This document shows positions 1-12,900 of a stretch of 64,000 bases of DNA, piece by piece. Each line of letters begins with the position of its first letter. Position 1 is the stretch's first letter. The stretch is taken from the NCBI GenBank assembly GCA_040954595.2, contig CM082579.2:4763227-4827226 (forward strand), read 5' to 3'. The translations under genes and the position numbers were made by a program. The notes under the pieces are model-generated. The model saw nothing but the letters and a program-made list of their open reading frames with translations, had not been told where the DNA came from and made no database searches. The DNA comes from Balanoglossus misakiensis (lineage: Eukaryota > Animalia > Hemichordata).

Positions 1-720
1 CATTGATCCAGGATGCATTTTCTATCCTTCAACCTTGGTCCTTGCATAAGATACCCGTGTGAACAGGGCCCTCTGGTGTCACCCTGTGCTGTATGTCACA
101 TTGTGCCCCCTTTTCACCCATAAACCAAGGCTGATCACTAAAAATGTATTGCCAAAGAACCAATGCGGAAAAATAAGTTTTAAATTTTGGTTACATGTAC
201 AAACATGAGAAGCATTTTAGCATATTTAAATATCCTTTTAATTAAGAAAAAAATCTTGTCATGGAGTCTGAGTGCAAGCTTTCAAATATACAGATACCAG
301 TCACAAAAATTATCAGGTTACATTGTCTCTAAAACACTCTAATTTTGTCATTTGCATGTTCTCTACATGCAAATCACTGCTGAGATGCACCAATCACTTT
401 TGCCCATGAAGTTTTTGGCTATAAGAGTGATGGCATAATACTTTTGTCATTTAGTGAAAGTCGGAAGCGGTCCAACGGATTTTTGTGAACTTTCCAGGAA
501 TAAATGTATTTTTTCTGTGACTTTCAAGGACCTCCCATAAAGTCATTTCAAATTCTAAGACTTTCCAGAATTTTCGAGAAGGGTACAGACCCCACTATAA
601 TTTACAACTTGGGACTGCAGCCGGCCCAGGAAAAGGTGATAAATCTGGATCTTTTTCCGGGATTTCCAGAAGCCGGTGAACCCTGGGTCACTAGTTGTTG
701 TTGTTAGCGTCCACTGCGTG

Positions 721-3700
721 TCACGACAGACTTGAGAATTCTTGCAAGACTGTCTGCTGTTGAAGGTTGGAGAGGCAGATGTTGTGTCTGACATCAGAGA
801 TGATGGATCGCACCTGTGATGAAACAAAGTGAAGTGAGCCCTCAGTGTTTATGAGGAGATGTGAAGGGAGCCCACTGAGGCATCAGAACATGTGGTAAAG
901 AAACACATGCATGAATCATAAACAAGATCATCCCATATTCTAACACTGGCTGTCCTGTATACTCGCATCACTCATTCGCACCCTGACTCAAGACAGCAAC
1001 TACAACTGTACAGTCACTCTACCCCAGCCAGTACACTACTGAGCTTGCTGCTAGAATTTTTTGACTGCTGTGAACAATTTCACGAATTTGATATTCAATA
1101 CATGTACTTACTAGTTGAGTGAAGAATGCTGTTTCTGCTGGTTTCTCGGAATACCTTTCAAACTGATCTAAATTGTCTTGTAGTTTCAACGTCAGCGTAT
1201 CGTAGTTACTTCGAACAACATCTAAAACCTGTGGAGACAAAAATCGGGAGGTTAGGTATTTATAAGCAATTCAAAGATACCATTTTACGAGTACAATGCT
1301 TTGATCTGTAGGTTTGTTCATTGAATGTTCTGAAGCACACTGGATGCACACCCCAAGCCATTTCAGTTATCAAGATTTTGTCTCAGCATACCTGGTCTGA
1401 AGTGAGTGACGACAGTGAGTTCGCTGCCGTCCACGAATCAATCTTTGGTGTAAAATGGTTCACTATGGCTCTGGAAATAAACAGATTAAGAAATACAGTG
1501 ATATCATGAAATCATGTTTTTAGAAAATCTGACCGTTCTCTGCAATTTTGTCTCCTGGAGGCTCAATTTATCGATAGAATGGATTGTGTTAAACAAAGGT
1601 GTCAAGAATATGGCAACTGTGACCTATTTTGTCCTCACCTGATATTTACAAGATTACTGGTCAAGTTTGCCGCAGAGTCTTTGTGCTCCCCTCCATTGGT
1701 CGACTGTCGTAGAGCTGTACATATGTGGATGAAATAAAACAAAGTTGATCTCTTCAAAAAGTTCTACACTGACATTGCATCAAGCACGTCTGAGTAAGAT
1801 ATTTGTACATAAGGCTTTATAAATATTTTTAATTGTTCAACTGGTGGTCTCTCTCTCTCTTCCTACCTCCACCTACTACAAACTATATCACTCACCCATA
1901 CTGTAAAGGTTATCGAAGACTTGATGCATACGGATTATTTCATAGTACAGTTCATCATAACTGCTGGGACTTGGGAGAAATGTGTCACCATATGTGATGA
2001 ACAGGTTGAATAATCTTACGACCTGCAGATAGAAAATGAAATATTTGGGCAATGCTCGTTAAGACATGAATTTGAGACACCAATGATGTGAGCAATGAAA
2101 GAGGTTTTTGGATGGTGCAATGGACAGTTTGTGGAAAAATTTGGCTAGCTAAAATTTCATATGATAAACTGCACTTACCTTATTTGACAAGTTGAAGATA
2201 TTGTATTTAGGAAGCAGGGATGATTCATTGGAGAGGAGATACTTCAACAAACTGACAAGTGCTGTAAATCAATAGGGAACTTTTTCAGATTGTGATCTAC
2301 AAGTCAAATGTGTATTGACAGATGAGGGGAATACATTGGTTATACACTCACCTGTCCACAGTTGTTTCCATGTATACTGCAACCTAACCCTACACTTTTT
2401 CTGATAACAAAGTATTCTGTGGATAATACCTAAACAGCGTCTACAGAAAGCAGAAAAGATCACCAATAATGAATAAATACAGCACATTCCAAACATCTGT
2501 ATCCAATTCTAGATAAAAGCTCCAATGCTGTAAATACATTGCATATTATTGCTGAGTACTTACAGATACAGGTCCATGGGTAGATTCTTCATCATGTGAC
2601 TCATTATAAATTCCACCATCAGATCTAGGAGAGCGCACGCCAACGGCCTGGCTGGTAGATTCTTGTCAACTGTCTGTTTTCTGTGTCGCATTGGCTGCAG
2701 AGAATATCAGAATACATATGTGTATTCAAATAGTACCATCATTTGTTGCATGCTCACTTTTTTTTTCAGAAAGAAAGGGACAAAATATTTATGATTTTGA
2801 CAGAAAGCGTTGTATGAAAACTTACAGCTCTGTACAGCTCAACTCGAAACGTCATGTTTGCATCATGAAGAAATGAATTGGCATACTGGTCCTGAAAGAG
2901 AATGGAAAGTTGGTCATTGTCCTTTTTGTCTAACCATTATTAAGAACAGAGGTGACATAGAAAACTCAGAAGATATGTCTTGTATATTCTGAATCCTTTC
3001 TTGCAAGATGTAGATTCTTACCTCAGCTATACATGTGAGTATTATCATACACAATTTTCCATTCCCAAGCTTCTCTTCATCTGAGGAGAAAGATATCCAA
3101 GATATACATTTGAATTTTGTATTTGTCAGGGTGAATAATCACTTCACAGTTTCATGCGTAGAGTCACTAGTTTAATGAACATGGCATCAGCACACAACTG
3201 AATGTCTGTCTAACTCATGGTTTTAACTCATTTTAAAATTTGTCAAGAAAAACAATATTCTATGTCATCGAGACAGGAGAAACAGCTTGACCTTTGACAT
3301 CCCAACTCACCTTTGACATCTTGCATGATGATCGAACAGTACCTCAGGAATGTCACCAGTATATTTGTTGGTTGACTGTTACTCTCCAGTGACATGTCAA
3401 TAGGAAGCACCTCTGCAATGAATTTCACAAACGCGATCCATGATATGATATGATATATAGGATTCAATAATATAGAATACAAATGATGATATATGATGTG
3501 ATGTGATGTCTGATCTGATGTGATGTGTCATATCCTTGGATGGATTTGTTTTAAGAGTTTTCAGATAGACTACAGCACACTTCCTCTGAGATCAATTTAG
3601 TGTTATTATGACAAAAAAAACATGACGTTTACCCTGTGCAGTTGCATCAACGGCCAGAGGTGTTCTCTTAGTGGGACTGACAGGTGGATTTGTACTGGAT

Positions 3701-6700
3701 TCCGTGTGATTCTGTGGGGAAAAGAAGAGTTATAAAATATTGTTATCCCTAGATTCAGATACATATCCTTGCATATGCAGCTGGCTCAATCAAGCAGGTC
3801 TATAGTATACTTACATGTGTCAAAACTGTGATGAAATTTCTGTTGAGATGTACTGCTTCATACATAGCGAGTAAGATAGCATCGCTTGCCCTGAAAAGTA
3901 AAAGAATCACTTGTAAACACATCTCAAACGAAATATAAAGTCTCCGTCCAACCGGTCAAAACATCTATTGAGACAGGACTTTACTCTACACACCTACTGT
4001 TTAACAGGACATCAAGTTATGTACACATACCTGACAGGTTCTGGACCACTGTTTTCAGTGAGAAACATACTACCAACCTGTAACAAAACAAAATTACACA
4101 AAATATGTGTCTGTTTGTCACTCTCCAGGAAATAAGTCTGCTCATAACAAGCAGCAAAACATAGTACTTTTCAGGTGAACTCAGGCCTCCCCAATTGAAA
4201 GCACATTAGTAGGACTTACCATACTGGTCAGAGCTGAGAATAAACCTCCACTAGCAGGCTCATTTTTAGTTTCAAATTGTCTGTTGGGAGATCAAACAAT
4301 ACATTAAAGTCACAGACATTCCATATGGCTTCATCCTAATTTGTTGTGTTGTCATAATCTAAACAAACATCAGATAAAATTGCCCAGGTTGTGTACACGT
4401 GTCTCAACGATCAATTATGAGAACTTCCATATTGGGCTTGGCATCCTACCTGTTAAAATCCTTGAACGCTGACGAAATCACATAGCCTAGTCCCTGTAAC
4501 CAAATACAACAGTTGTCTTATTTTTCAAATGGAATGTGTGTGTTTTTATGGAACCAAGGTCTGTCTATCATGGTCAATTTCGATGTTGGAATTTGAAAGG
4601 TTGGAGCAATATGTATAAAGAAGATGATCAATTATTTGACTTACCGTCAGGGCTAATTCATCATCAAGAATGGATAACTTGACAATGTATGGATTTACAG
4701 ACTGCAAAAAAGAGAACACATAACAGTCACGAGAGCTGTAAGAACCCCATTGAAGCTGGTCCGAAAACTGTTGGTTTTGGAGGACAAACATACCATATTT
4801 AAATCATGTTACACTAAAAACATGGATGATGACAGAAGTTGGCAACCTACCTCATATTTCCTATAGTTGACTAAAACTGTTAACAGCAACATGGCATCGT
4901 AACCATGGTTTTGACGAGACACCGGATTTGCTAAAATCTGTCAAAAATTCACAGAAACACAAAAATTTACATGGTATTCTCATGAGACAAACTCGCACAA
5001 GAGTGAGAATACAGTACACGGAAATACATGTATTGATTACACTACAATATATGTTCAAATACACAAATTCTTTACAATCCTTTGGCAAGATACACAATGT
5101 ATACAGGCTCAAATATTGTCAGCAGCATCCAATTTTCATACATTAATAACTTACTTGAATGATGGATTCAAAGACGCTGTTGATCATAATATATTCCAAT
5201 ATTGTATTTTGACTGACATTATCAGTAACCTGCAACACAGGAAAAAAAATCAATGACATCCACATGGTAGAAACTAGTGTTTTAAATGCAACATTTCCAA
5301 TATTTCAGACTTTTCTCTGAATTCCCTCAAAACAACAATAACTGTACTTACTGTGACAAGAATCAGAAGTAGCTTGAAACAGAGATTTTTCAAACTGACC
5401 GAATGCTCACCAATGATCAGATTGTTGACGTTCTCAATCAAGGCCTGGAGGGAAGGTAAACAAATCGGCCAAAATTAGTTTCATCCTCCACACTGGGATA
5501 AGCTGTCACGCATCACACGCAGGCAACGTTTACCCTTTGACAATCCGAGATCTTTTTTATGGTGGGGTTCAAAACTACAAGAACAGAGATTGGCTACTGG
5601 TAAATCACAGTCACATACCTGCATCTGAGATTCGGCCACATCAAAACCAATCAGTATGTTGATGACATCAAATCCATGATCTGATATACCTTTGCGGTAA
5701 ATTCCTTTGATTAGCGCACACAGAGTCTGTGAGTAAACATAAAAATATGACTATTGGTCTACTTCAACATGATATAAGCAATTCAGCCATTGGGAAACTT
5801 ACAGACTGAAACCATACAACATTCTGAAAAGACAGGTGATGGGATGTTGTACCAATTCTTACCTGTAATGCGTTAACAATTCTTATGGGGTATTCTTCTT
5901 TCAATGTGAGGGTACATCGATAAAATAACAAATTAATGTTGTCCTACACAATATAGAAAGAAAACAACATTCAGTAGAAGATAAATGTACTCAGGAGGAA
6001 TATCTGATGTTTCTGAGTACAAATCATGCAGATTACAAAGTATGTACAATGTACTGATGTTTGCATATGTTCATGTACACCTACATCCCAAAGACACCCG
6101 CACACATTGACGCACACAAATTTCCAACTTCCACAAGCTTACCTTCAGCGCCAACAGCTCATCAGCTGACAACCTTTCCAGTTCCTTCTCTATATATTGC
6201 ACATTTGCCTAGAAAAGGGTACAGAGCACATTAAATTCTTTGGCAGCAAAAATGTGTGTTTTTTTCAGTAGAAGTTGTCTTTCTTTCTTTGTTTTTTCAG
6301 CACACATAAAATCTGATGTGACAACTCACCTTTAGTAAGAAGAATTCTTCCCAGAAATTTGCATTTTCCCTCGATGGGTCATCTCCCTGCATACAAATTA
6401 CAATGCATTTTATGTAATAAATGTGGTGACGTGGAAAATTTAAGTGCATAATTTCATATATTTATATAAAATCTCTACCTGTATCTATATCTTTCTTTCC
6501 ATAGTATGATGATCAGAAGATATTTCCAGATATTGATATTGCATTGTATTGTACTGCATTGTAGTGTATTGTATTGCACTGTACTGTATTGTGCTTCGAG
6601 TTTGGCATTAATTCATTTGAAAGAGACCATATGGTCCACTTTTAATCTCCACAATAACCGAGTCACTCTGGCATACGAGATGTTCCGCTAATAGCTTCTG

Positions 6701-6876
6701 ATACTGTAAACGCTAATTTTATTGATGCCTGTCATTTGAGTAGTCTGATCTATGAGCCTGAAACAACTCACCTTGAAGAAACCATCATATATCTGTAATA
6801 TCTTCTCTCGCAGTGGCATTTTGCTAGCAGAACCCTGTCGCAGGAAAGTACGTTTTCCAGCGTCACTGTCACCCAT
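721..6876 (-). CDS. ARMH3: Armadillo-like helical domain-containing protein 3 (C10orf76 orthologue), about 24 coding exons
   Basis: Exon translations follow human C10orf76 in order. N-terminus [35 protein letters not shown] (6876-6772); [15 protein letters not shown] (~4700); [18 protein letters not shown] (~3350); [21 protein letters not shown] (~2860); PMRHRK...[20 protein letters not shown] (~2630); [20 protein letters not shown] (~2390); [28 protein letters not shown] (~1190). Last exon [11 protein letters not shown]...VLQEFSSLS ends at TGA (723-721). GT-AG boundaries. Confidence 0.93.
3484..3531. repeat. (GATGT/GATAT)n pentanucleotide microsatellite in an ARMH3 intron
   Basis: tgatgatatatgatgtgatgtgatgtctgatctgatgtgatgtgtcatat. 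Confidence 0.6.
6535..6592. repeat. (ATTGT/ACTGT)n pentanucleotide microsatellite
   Basis: gatattgcattgtattgtactgcattgtagtgtattgtattgcactgtactgtattgt. Confidence 0.65.
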
Positions 6877-9003
6877 TGTGTGCAGACTTTATCTCAGCAC
6901 AGTCTTATCCATTTAGACGAACTCTTTTTTTTACGTTAGCAACAGATACTCTATGTCATATGGTGGTGCAGATAGTGAGAGAGTTTACATGAGCAAGCGA
7001 GGTGTCTACAGAAATGAACAAAAAAGATGAGTGATGGGATAGTGAGTCGTTGGCATCTGTGACAACCAACACAGAGAAATGATTGAACACACTGTACTTG
7101 TGAGGATTCCAGCTTTACACTATGTTGTGTAACAAAATGGTGAAAGTATGAAATTTTATTTGAAATAATACCAATGTTTACCAATGAGTCTGTCTGTTCC
7201 AGTACACACTCCCTTGCTCCACAGTTAAACTTAAAGATGCAGTCATTCAGTGCAATTTTCAAGTTTTGTTAACTTGCATGCAGACACCCAAGATACTAGT
7301 ATTCACCCCCCAGTTCCCTCTTTAGAGATCCAACCTCACCATAGACAGCAATGAGTTTGGACTGAACCATAGTGGTGAAAGGGTTAATGGCAGTGTCTGA
7401 ATAAGGCAGGGTTCTGTGGATTATGCAGTGTGTTAAAGCGTAGCAGAAATAGAAACTTTGTTGTGAGATTAAGGAATTAAGTCGCATTGTGCTTAGCAAA
7501 GAAGACAAAAATGTTCATTGTTTGGCTTGACAGTACAGCATGCATAACCAGGGTACTTGTAATGTACATTGCATTTTATATTGTCAAAATTTATGGTGGA
7601 CCACAGTGATTAATCATAATAGTGTTGACTGTTCCATTTATAAATTGGCACATGCAGCCAGCACAGATGTAACGTAATCACTGTGACCTCCATAAACACA
7701 GCAGTCTATAAATGTTTGTGCGCTATACATGTACGTGTTCTAGTTTTGTGCTACCTCTATGCAGTATAATTAAAACTAAATTAGTCTCTTTAAATTACGG
7801 TCGCTGCCAGTGGACAACAATACCAGACTACTACTGTTTTGATCATGGAGATGTCTGTGGTGTACTGGTGCTAGTGGTAGATAGGCTATACTCCATAGAG
7901 TTCGATGATGTCACTGACTTTCTGCAACACACACGTCACCATTCGACATTTCCGTAAATATTTTTTTATTGAAAACAATGTCAAACAAAATTTCGTGCAG
8001 TGGCAATTTTGCTGCGTGACTTGTTATTGCAAGAGTTTTACTTTATCGAGTATAATGCCAACCGACTGCCCATTGATTGACAACAGTAAAGGAGTGATCA
8101 TGGTACAGAGGTGAACCGGTGCTTCAATCGTTGCACTGACTGACACAGACCTGCCCACACACAGACATCCACCAACATGCATTCTGGTATGTGATGTACA
8201 CCCTCACATGAACATTCACCCATCCTCCCGAGAAACGTGACATTATAATCTGCACTGTTCGTGTTGCTTACCTTACATTACCATTAGATCTATAAAATTA
8301 TGTATCCTGTATATACGAAAATGACTTCTCTCTAGGCGTTTTTCACGCTCATTCGTCAACCTGGCACTCAAAGTGGCTTATTAACATAAACGCATTCGAT
8401 TGGTACCGTTTGTTTTAAATTTGTATTTATCATGACAATAATAATAATAAAAAACTTTCTCGCAATAAATGTTAGAGATTTATCTTGCATATTAGACTAT
8501 GGGTGAATTACACAGTATCTTCTTGGAGCAATCGTACGAAAGGTGACGTCGATGAAAAGACAGTCTGTAAATGTGAGAATTGATCACAGCAGTTGCCGAG
8601 TGATGGCGCTATCAATGTCTCTTTCTCATGCTCAAATGCAGTCACTGATGTACATTTCAGTTGTACCATTTCGATGTATTTGTGTCACATCAATACTTTA
8701 GAACGGTGTGATTTGTATATTCACTCTAAGTTAAACTTTGGTCGCACGCCCACCTCCGAACAAAACATATTTTCCTGTGTAATGGGCTGGCTGAAACTCT
8801 GCATTGAAAAAATAGGATCTGCGTCTGTTCATGTGTTCATGTATATGATCATACATATTTTCTAATTGGAAATCGACAAAACTTCATTTTCATTGATTTT
8901 GACAATCACAGTACATGTCGTTGCCAAGCAATTTAATGCTTGCATATTTATATTCACTACCATTCCTGTTCGCAATTTAACTTGGTTCAATGCCCGGGAT
9001 GGC

Positions 9004-9424
9004 GGGAAATTTCACAAAAGACTCACGGTGATGTCACTTCTGAGACTGGCTCTCACATTGTAAAATCAGGCGCTCATATTGTGAGCAGACATTAGTGTTT
9101 CACGCACCGTGCACCAATGTTCACGTGGTGGCTAGTCTGATATGGCATGCATGAGGCCGGTTAGCACTGACGTAGATAGATCTACTACGCATATCACGGA
9201 CTTGGCAGCCTGCCAATTATGCAGGCAACTTTAAGTGTTCTATGTATTTCGTCCATACTTCGTCAAAAGCAGTGACTTTCCCAATCCTCACGTAGTCTGC
9301 CAAGAAAATTTAACGATTATAGTACGGGAAATGACAGAAATGAGTCATATTTTAAGTTATAATATGTAATGGGTGATATGCTAATTACCATGAATAATAA
9401 CAAGCTTGTGCTTGGGGATTCCCC
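9004..9424 (+). promoter_or_regulatory. Cluster of NF-kB-like and AP-1 sites upstream of the TNFR gene
   Basis: GGGAAATTTC at 9004-9013; GGGAAAGTCA on the minus strand at 9273-9282; AP-1 TGAGTCA at 9341-9347; symmetric GGGGATTCCCC at 9414-9424. All lie 0.5-0.9 kb upstream of ATG 9907. Motif match only. Confidence 0.5.
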
Positions 9425-9906
9425 GTGTCTTTGAATATAAATATATAACAGCAGAGTCATTCCTTTTAATGACTGAAACCGACTCAGTGAATAAGCGGTG
9501 TGGAGTACGAGTACATATTTTATAGAGCGTGTTGCGCAGTTAAAATAACAAGCTTGAAGAAAGAGAGTAGCCGGTATCCTGCTGTTTCGACGAAAAAACA
9601 GGAAACGCCACATATAAGTTCAAGTGTAAGTTATATCGGATGATCTTTACAACTGTCTATCGTTTAGCCTAGATGGCAACACAGATTTCACGGCATAGTT
9701 GCGGCTAACAGTTTGCCGTTATGTTGTTCGGTCTCCGTGATTACATTTCACAATGCGGTGATTTGAGAGTTAACGTTTTCCCGTTTAATTTTCAGCCACA
9801 TGCGACAGGTGTACTTGGGACGAATTAAGGACTTCAACATTTCCGCGCGCTCGGTTCTTTCTCAGATTTTTAAAGAAAGTTATCCGGCGAGATCAAATTC
9901 GTGACG

Positions 9907-12900
9907 ATGGTTGATTTTCGACCGGTCTGGGCCACTTATTGTGGCACAGTTCTTGCTTTGTTATGGTCCTTTCAGGTGAGTCGATTCAATTTACAAGACA
10001 GCTTATGGTTGAAACAATCAAAGCATTTTCCGTAAGAATCAGGTTTGTAGACAAGGACCAGCGCCCGGTATATACAATCACTAGTTTTACCCCATTTTTC
10101 TATTTTGCCAGTTTTAGGTCACACATCGCTATTTCTGGGTTCAAGTTCAGAAATTCGCTTTTCTAGGTATTATAGCTGTATAAAGTTAGATTTCATCCCT
10201 GCCACCTATTGTGAGTGTATTGTGATCATATTTACCTACATCAAAGTTAGTTGTAGTCATGGTGATGTGTAACTATTTTTACCACGACTTATGTTTCGTA
10301 ACGAAATGTACATTTTTTGTAGGTTACTGCGCAAGTGAATTCGAGTGTATCATTGCAAAATAGGCCTACACTGGCGGCGAACCCTGTCGCGTACGCTATT
10401 GGATTGGATCTGGCTACTTCTTCTTCCCAAACTGAATTATGCCCCGACACTGGTGGCAGAAATGGATTCAAATGGTTTTGGGATGATCAGCGGAAAAAGT
10501 GCAGAAAGTGTCCGAAATGCAACCGTGGGAGTCAACCAAACCAGGTAAAGATGCTTACACGTAACACGGTAGCTAGTTACACGCACGTCGCACGAGTACC
10601 CGGGTCCAGTGTTTATTTTTATATGGTAATTTTTTGCCTTTTGGAACGGACACGGGACACGCCCTTTAAGTTAAGCCATTTCAGCTGCACGTGATTATCA
10701 CATGATTGGGAGGTGTACAATGAGTCATATGACCGAAGTGGTATAAAAGAGCAGAGACTCGCGGTAAATGGAGATTTTACGAACATGTAAATAGCTCTGT
10801 TGTAGTTGGTGTATATTGTCGATTTGGTTATACATGCATATACTTCAGCCACGAGCTTACAACTGCTTGACGTCTCTTCACACACACCGCGCACCGATGG
10901 CGACGGCCTTTTGTGAGTTTGGCCAACAAATAATTTTGCACATGACATGATCTCTCTTTCTTGTTCTGTGCACTGCACCATAATAATATTAAGTGGACTG
11001 TTCTGGCCTTCGGGTGAGTACATATGGGTCCAACGACTTTGACGTTGTTCATGTTAAATCATAGACAGTCACACTAGGGAGAGACTATAGTTTTAACCAT
11101 GCATGGTTTAGCCCTTATAGAGCTGCATTGTCTAGTGTTACCATAGCGACAAGTCAACAGTTGAAAACTAGCAGTTGGCTGTTACACCATAGACCCTAGC
11201 TCTAGGGTCTGTGCTTAAATATTTTAGTTTAAATTTTAGTTGCAAGTTCTGGAAGTGTTCACTTTGTTTACATATTAAAATGATGGATTTAGAAATGATA
11301 TTTTGAAAAAGTATAACTTTCCTAAGTTCACCCATTAGATCAAATATTTTTAGAAGTCCAGAATGATAATTTTCAGTATTTCCATTCAGTATTTCCAATT
11401 TCTTACTCCTTGGGTGTACTTTTTTTTATTTTGAGTTTTTTGTGTGTCAATTTTTGAGATACTTTCCAATACTAGAATAATGTGTACAAGTTCAAGCACA
11501 TAGATACAGGTTAATTGTATGACACTCTAGCTGGTATTGATATTAGGGTGACTATTAGGACTAATTAAGATGGGAATCTTTAATTTTGCTAGAATTTATT
11601 TAAGAAAGTCTGGTGGTTGCAATTTCCTTTTCTTTTTCAATTTCAGGATTGTGGCAATGGAATTGGTAAAGGCACTGAGTGCGAAGACTGTCCAGAAGGC
11701 AGTTATTCAGATGAATTTGGTTATCAGACATGTAAAAAATGTGACGTGGTTTGCGAGAACGTTGTCAACATCACAGTGTGCACCCGTTTCCATAATCATA
11801 TCTGTGGAGAATGTAAATCAGGGTGAGTCTTCGAGCCAACCTTTTGTTCTGTTTGTGAGAAGTTTTTACTGTAGTTGAGTAATGCTGATAGTGTTGGACT
11901 ATTTGGTCATGGTTGTATATATAAATGCATCGCTGTGATAACATTGACATGCATATAGAAGACTGAGGAGATCCAGAACTGTGGTCACCCTCAAGATATT
12001 AAATTAATGAGCACATTTTATGTGCTTTGACTGGCTGTTATTTCCTCTTGCCCACTTGTTACAAAACATATCTACATCACTGGTACTATTTATATGTACA
12101 TAACAGAAAATACCTTAGTTAAAATGGTAGCGTATGGGAAGGGATCAGTTGACTTCACAGAATATCAAATAGGAACATTTTAGGTTTCAGATGAGTTAAT
12201 CTTTCCATGATGTGTCACAGTACAATAAACATGCATTTATTACTTTGATAAAATTTACATGTAGTGCAATTCAATTAATAAAAAGCAAATAATGAAGTAT
12301 TTATACTAATCTGAATTATTTTTTCTTCTCAAATACACTTGTAGATTTCTATGAAAGTGCCAGTTTAGCATATTGTGAGTGTATTCATTTTGCACTGATT
12401 TGCTTAACTGCAGTTTCTTCCGTGATGGGTTCGGAAACTGTGAGAACTGTCAGGTTTATGATCCCCCGGACCCAGACTGTGTGAATAGGATCACCACAGA
12501 CATTATACAACAAACAACGTCAGCAGAAGAACAAAAAACAACATCAGCAGAAGAGGAAGCTGTCGTCAAGACTACTACAGGAGACAGAGTCAGTGTTAGT
12601 AATCTAGAATATCATGACCCGTCTTCTTCACAGATACCTGCAGCTGCATATGACGTGGAGATTAATGCAGAAGAAGGTAGATATGTACTCTTAAAACTCA
12701 CAAAGCATTCAGACCTCAGATGTCTGCATTATAGTAGGTCTAGAACTTGCATAACTTTTGGTTGTAGAAATCCTGGTGGATAACAGCCCTGCAATTCCTT
12801 GTAGATATGCAGCCCTTTGCCTCTTTAACAAATTCTTCAAGATACATGTACATACTTTTCTGTACCATTATTTCACAGGTGAGCCGGGAAATGGTGCTGT

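Noticed and set aside
470-670. Possible decayed repeat in the ARMH3 3' region (repeated actttcca/gactttc motifs)
   Set aside because: No terminal repeats or second copy could be defined within the window.
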